This document shows, piece by piece, positions 57,647 through 64,000 of a stretch of DNA of 64,000 nucleotides. Position numbers and translations under genes: made by a program. How positions within the stretch are numbered: the first letter of the stretch is position 1; each line of letters starts with the position of its first letter. The notes under the pieces are model-generated. The model made no database searches and was not told where the DNA came from. It was given only the letters and a program-made list of their open reading frames with translations. This DNA is from Eledone cirrhosa (taxonomy: Eukaryota): NCBI GenBank assembly GCA_964016885.1, contig OZ024742.1:321532001-321596000 (forward strand). Reading direction: 5' to 3'.

Positions 57647-57706
57647 ATTGCCGTAAAGCGTACACGAAAAGCTCTCACCTGAAGGCTCATCAGCGAATCC
57701 ACACAG
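57647..57706 (+). CDS. KLF5: KLF5-like factor, coding exon 3 (ZF1: [20 protein letters not shown])
   Basis: Branch-like ACTAAC, pyrimidine tract and CAG acceptor; a 60-nt phase1-phase1 exon encoding the canonical KLF finger 1; GT donor at 57707. Not present in the ORF track. Confidence 0.95.
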
Positions 57707-58738
57707 GTGTGTAGATTTTTATGTATTTATTTTTTTGTACATTGATATGAAGTGTGGGATAAATACACAAACATACTATTACAAATCATATATATATATA
57801 TATATATATATACACATGGGTACACACACAAACATGTATGTGTGTAAGCATGCTGTGTTTCATTTTAGCTGGTTAAATTTAAATAGTTGTTTGGTGGCAT
57901 TACTTTGGAAAAGTTGTTCCTGTGAGATAGCACATGTATGTGTATGTGTGAGAGATCACATGACTGTATAATGTGTGAGAGAGCATGACTATGTGTGAGT
58001 GCTCTACAACAACTGGTGTAGTGTTTGTTATGAAGACAGCAAAGAATGACACTAGTAGTAAGAAAGTAAATCTAACAAACTGGTATATCTACTATGTTAA
58101 AATAACTTTTATAATAGCAACATACACCCCTCTGTCTGGTCATTCAAATTGCTAGAAGTAGCAGCCAAATCTTCAAATTACACAATACTGACTTGAAAAA
58201 AAGTAAATGAGGCACATGGAAGAATGTAGTCCTATACGGATAACAGATGGGGAGGTCATGGCTGGAACACTTTTGATCATGACTCTAGTTGCTCGTTCAA
58301 GGCTTCTTATATTATATTTCTAACCTTAGGTAGCTTATTGACGGTAGACTTTAATCTACTGGATTTGAAGGTGTGCAGCCTAGTGGCTAGGAGGTTGTGC
58401 TAGCTCGCACTCATAAGGTCATAGTTTTCATTCTCTGACTGGAAGGCTTATTGTGTCCTTCAGCAAGAGACTTCATTTCGTATTGCTCCAGTTCACAGAG
58501 CTGATAAAAAGTGAGTATTAACTGCAACTGGGGATAAATTTTGTGAGTAACTGGGATTCCATCCAGGACAGAGTACTTTGTTTTGTAGTCCTCACTAGAA
58601 AAGATTGTTATTGTTAAAATATACATTGGCTAGGATTTACATGTATTGGTTTGACTATTTTCTTACTATTTCTTTATCTTTTATCGAAAATACTCAGTTG
58701 TTTTGCTTTACTTATATTTTATTTTATTTTTCTTTCAG

Positions 58739-58926
58739 GAGAAAAACCATATCTCTGTACATTTCCTGCGTGCCAGTGGCGCTTTGCTCGCTCTGACGAA
58801 CTAACCAGGCACATAAGAAAGCACACCGGTGCCAAACCATTCAAGTGCAAGGTCTGTGAGCGATGCTTTGCACGTTCTGATCACCTGGCGCTGCATATGA
58901 AACGCCACGAACCCAAGAACAAATGA
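58739..58926 (+). CDS. KLF5: KLF5-like factor, coding exon 4 (ZF2, ZF3, stop)
   Basis: TTTCAG acceptor; [62 protein letters not shown]. Exon lengths sum to 1635 nt (545 codons). Confidence 0.96.
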
Positions 58927-60376
58927 ACCGACGGTTTAGAAATCTGTTCGACCACGCGCGCCGTAAAGGATTTTGGAGACGATGACTATGGTAGATGTAG
59001 AAGCAAAGCTGGGCCAGCCGCCTCTTCTTCCTGTGTCAGTCCCCCTTGTCCAACAGGACAGGCTTGTGGTAATTTGCTTGCACAGGACAGGGTCATTGGA
59101 AACCCCTACCATTCCTCCTTTTCATCTCTCTCTGCTTCTACCCCACGAGAGAGTGTCTGTTTGGGTGGGGGGTTTGGAATATACCCCGTTGTCTTGTCGT
59201 AGGGATTACTGAACTGAGCCGCGAAACCTATGGTGCTGCTGAAGTGAACTTGCTATTGGAGTGTTATTATTAATGATATAACTATATTATCATTATCATG
59301 ATATATTAAAAATAATGAATTATTTTTTTCTTACAAAAGAGACATTTACATTCTCACTCTTTGTCAACACACACACACACACAACACAAGAGTAAACTAT
59401 AAAAAGTGGAAATTTTAAAGACAAACTTTCATCATGAGAAATCTTTACTTTGAAATAATGAAAAATGTTTATTATGCTGTAGGGGGGTGGGGCACATCAT
59501 GGCAAAAAGAAAAGAGCCAAACAATGTGTTTTGTTATTTTAAAAATGTTATTTTTATTTTTTTTTAAGGAACTTGTAGTCCTTTACCAAACCCTCTCACA
59601 ACACCCCACCCACACAAAATAACCATCAACTCTACCATCTGAATCATCTCCCTAAAAATACATTTGAAAGTCAGATATTACATATAATAGACATGCATTA
59701 CATAATACAAAACTACGACCACAACCATCACCATCACTTCATTCTTTTACTTTTTTACCTGATCCAGCCTATTGGCTGTAGCCATGGTTGACCACTTCAT
59801 TACCTGAAGATACATTTAAAAGTCATAGATATTTCACATACTACATATATATTATATTTACATTACATAATACAAATCTAACCATCACTAACATCTTACT
59901 TATATTTCTCAAACTTTCTTTACCCGAACAAGCATTTAAATCACATATACATAAATACATATTACATACACATACATTAGAAAAATACAAACCTACCACC
60001 ACCTTACAGTTATATTCCACAAACCTCTTCCTCAACATATATTTAAAAGAAAGATATGTTACATAATACAAAAACTATCACCCTGTAGTGTGTTTGGATT
60101 CATATCAAGTCATTTTAAAAAATATATATTGTTTTGTATGTCTGTGTGTGTATATATATATATATATATATGTATATGTATGTATGTATATATATGTATG
60201 TGTGTATATAAGTGTAAATCTTTTCTTTCATAACAACAAACACTACTACTATTACTACACATCTTCAAAGACTTGTTCTGTAAATGGTGTTGCTGTTGTT
60301 GGTGATGATGACGATGATTAGATACTTGACTTGCTATTAAAAACAAGAATATAACCAGAACAAACATGGACTAATG

Positions 60377-60411
<35 letters not shown>

Positions 60412-61276
60412 AATGTGTGTGTATATATATGAATGTATATTTTTGTTATCAGTTTTTCTTTATTAAATATATTATATCGTGTTTTGTCAGTCACACACAC
60501 ACACACTCATATAGATATATCCAACAAGACATTAAACTTTGGATGTAACCAACCCTATAAAAATTTAATCTATCCTGGCCCACCCCATTGATAAATAAGG
60601 ATTAAATTTTGAGAACCAAACCAACTCTGCAATAATAATGATATACATGCTGCATTACCACCATCCACCCCTTCAATTCTTGCCCTTACTACCGTGACCA
60701 CCAGCAACAACAAAACAAAAAATATTGTGGCCATCACTCTTAAAATGAACTAAAAACCACATGCTGTGTAAAATGTTTTGTGCCTAATTAAAAGAAGTTA
60801 TCATAATCATTAAATAGAAGACGCTGACGATAGCATAATCGATTTACAAGCATGTGTACACTGTGGAACAATGTTACCCTACAGTTCTAAAGTTAAAAAT
60901 CCTTCTCTTTTATCCCGTCAAGTGGTCAACATTTCCATCTCATCTGATCTGTAGAAAATTCAGCAATAGTTTAGGTGCAGACAGTTAAGAAGTTCACTTC
61001 ACAACAACATGGTTTGGGGTTCAGTCCCACTAAATAATGTCATGCTGTACCTTTCACCATAGCCTCAGGTCCATCTAAACATTGTGAATGAAGTGGATGG
61101 AAACTTTGGAAGCCTGTCAGAAGAACTGTATTTATTTTTAAGGGCCAACCTTGTTGCAGTGTCACACCGAATCTCTGGTCTTGTGCCAATGCAAGAAATT
61201 ATCATCATCATCATCATCATCATACTTGATTAATCTTATTAATTAATTAAAAAAATAACAACAAAACATGTTGTAA

Positions 61277-61282
61277 AATAAA
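61277..61282 (+). terminator. Candidate KLF5 polyadenylation signal
   Basis: AATAAA followed by a U/GU-rich downstream tract; implies a 3'UTR of about 2.4 kb. Other AATAAA hexamers exist. Confidence 0.35.
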
Positions 61283-61703
61283 ATTTTTATTCATTTATCA
61301 AAAATTGGCTTTTGTCTTTTTTCCACTGTTTATGCATGTATATTCTTAGTCACTCCTCAACCTAATGATCAGGTTCCATTAAACTGACATGGAAGTATCG
61401 CATATTAGTCAGTAAATAAATGAAATTCTCACTTAAGTTTTAATGTCTTTATTGGAAAAATTATACAGGAATGTCTATAGCATAAAAGCTTATGCTAGCT
61501 TACTGGATATAAAGTGAACCAAGATGTTTCAATCTAATGTCTCCTTACTTTTTTTAGAGGGTAGTGGTTGCAGTTTAGAGGAGATTTGGCTGATATTTCT
61601 AGCAAGTCAGTTGGATTCCTTTCAGAGAAGTATATTGGACAGTTAAGCGATTTCAGTGTCAAGTGTCGCGAAGAAATATTTATATATATATATGTATGTA
61701 TGT

Positions 61704-62015
61704 CATCATCATCATCATCATCGTTTAACGTCCATTTTCCACGCTAGCATGGGTCTGGATGGGAATTGTCCCACTTGAGGCAAGATTGGTTGTCTGGCGG
61801 GGTTTCTACGGCTGGATGCCCTTCCTAACACCAACCATGTTTACAGTGTGGACTGGGAGGTTTTTACCGTGTTACCTACACGGCCACATTACAGCGTGGA
61901 CTGTGTGTTTTATTGTCGTGACACCTACACGTCTGGCGGGTTTTCTACGGCTGGGTGTCCTTCCCAACACCAACCACGTTTACAGTGTGTACTGGGAGGT
62001 TTTTACTGTGTTACC
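61704..62015 (-). mobile_element. SINE/RTE 3' tail with internal duplication
   Basis: Minus strand ends ..GGAAAATGGACGTTAAACGATGATGATG; duplicated GTCTGGCGGG..CTACGGCTGG..CCTTCC. Confidence 0.6.
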
Positions 62016-62274
62016 TACATATATATATATATATAAACACACACACATATTATACATGAACATTATATATATATATACACATATTTATATGTATATATAT
62101 AATGTTCATGTATAGTATGTACACGTACATATATGTATACAGACGTACAGTAGTATGTATATATATATACATACATGCACACATATATATATGTACGTAT
62201 GGATTCACCGAACATTTATTATAATGCTCGATGTGTTTGTAAACAAATATATATAGGAGATTTTAACAGACGTA

Positions 62275-64000
62275 GGTAAACACCATAACGGCTTCTATAG
62301 AGTCCATTGAGGCCACGGGTTTGGCACAAGAAATGAAGAAAGCTTCTAGAATTCTGCGACGCCAATGGCATGTCGATATGTAACACAAACTTTAAAAAAC
62401 CCGCCAACCACCTGATCGCCTATAGATCAGGGGAGCATTCTCGTCAGATAGATTTTATCCTCGTCAGAGGACGGTCGTAAACACAAAAGCCTCCTCTGGT
62501 CAGGAATGTACCTCCCAACATAACTTAGTTGTCAGCGACCTCATTGTCAAAACTAGACGAACTTGGAAACAGAAGCCAACCTGGAGAAGAAAGATCTGGA
62601 AGCTGAAAGACCCCTCAGCCAGTAACAGATTTAAAGATATTTTGCTCGACGCCTATGACAGTAAAGAAGAACAGATACAGACATTCAATGTAGAAGAGGA
62701 CTGGGAGTTCCTAAAAAATAACTTACTAAAGGCGACGGATGAGATCTGTGGCTGGAGTAAGACCACAGGCAGGAGGAGAGTGACTTGGTGGTGGAACAAT
62801 AAGGTATGTGAGGCAATCAAGGCTAAGAGACAGGCATGGAAGAACAGGGGTAGCAGGGTACATTACATAGAGACCAGGAGGGAAGCTAAGCGTCAAGTAT
62901 ACTTAGCTAGATGGGGCGCGGAGGATAGAAAATTCAAGCATGTTTTGCAACAGGAGGTGTTCAAGATTGCGAGGCAGTGTGTCAGAGAATTGTGATGTCA
63001 TTGGAGAGAAGTGTATCTGGAATGATAAAGATGAGCTTGCCCTCACAAGTGCTGAGAAGAAAGATGCGTGGAAGAGCCATTATGAAAGATTACTAAATGA
63101 GGAGAATGCATGGGAAAAAGAGACCCTACCCCAAGTAGACCCTATAGAGGGGCCAGCAGTAGCGTAGTAAGTAAGGTAATCAAAGATATGAAGACGGGGA
63201 AGGCAACCGGTCCATCGGGTATAGTGGCCGCGATGTTGAAGGCATCTGGGTCGGTAGGTCACACCATAACCATAAGTATTGTTAACCAGGTAATACTAGA
63301 AGGTGTCATACCAAAGGATTGGTGCAGCAGCATCATTGTCAACTGCTACAATGGTAAAGGTGATGCACTAGATAGAGGAAACTATAGAGATATAAAGCTG
63401 ATGGACCAGGTCATGAAAGTAACAGAAAGAGTTATAGCACAGTTGATTAGGGACCGGGTGAAACTAGATGAGATGCAATTTGGGTTTGTGCCAGGAAAAG
63501 GCATCACTGATGCCCTCTTCCTTGTGAGGCAGTTACAGGAAAAGTACCTAGTAAGCCACTCTACCTGGCATTCGTCAATCTGGAGAAAGCCTTTGACAGA
63601 GTTCCCCGTGCTTTAATCTGGTGGGTTCTTAGAAAACTAGGAGTAGATAAATGGCTTGTGAAAGCTGTACAAGCCATGTATAGGGGAGCAGTCAGCAAAG
63701 TTAGGGTTAGCAATGAGTATAGCGAGGAATTTAGCATACAGGTCGGTGTCTACCAGGACTCTGTTCATCATAGTTTTGCAGGCAATAACGGAGGAGTTTA
63801 AGACGGGATGCCCATGGGAACTCCTGTATACAGATGACCTCGCACTTATAGCTGAATCTAAGGTAGAACTAGAGAAGAAATTCCAAACATGGAAGCAGGG
63901 ACTAGAAAGAAAGGGTCTCAAAGTCAACCTGACAAAGACTAAGGTCCTTGTAAGCAGATGAGAAAACAGAACCCAGATCCCCTCAGGGAAATGGCCTTGC
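62275..64000 (+). mobile_element. RTE-clade LINE (EN C-terminus to RT), frameshifted, runs off the window
   Basis: GHGFGTRNEE, QIDFILVR, TWWWN, KATGPSGI, NYRDIKL, QFGFVPGKG..DALF, LEKAFDRVP and LLYTDDLAL. Confidence 0.9.

Overview
This is AT-rich, microsatellite-saturated eukaryotic DNA; the repeat repertoire suggests an octopus or other coleoid cephalopod, which is an inference. The only host gene is a 4-coding-exon KLF5-type Kruppel-like factor on the + strand (42769-58926, predicted 544 aa, splice phases consistent). The upstream ~41 kb is a retroelement graveyard: Tx1/L1, RTE, CR1 and RLE-type LINE fragments, tRNA-derived SINEs and two Penelope-like (GIY-YIG) elements. The most striking hidden signal is about a dozen full or partial minimal type I hammerhead ribozyme motifs from several sequence families. 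They sit in short non-coding elements inserted into (TA)n. Many are fold-back palindromes whose apex lies in hammerhead stem II, and in one case an inverted arm starts at the predicted self-cleavage site. This is consistent with a diverse system of non-autonomous, retrozyme-like, Penelope-mobilised RNAs. All structures were read by eye; no folding or database search was run.
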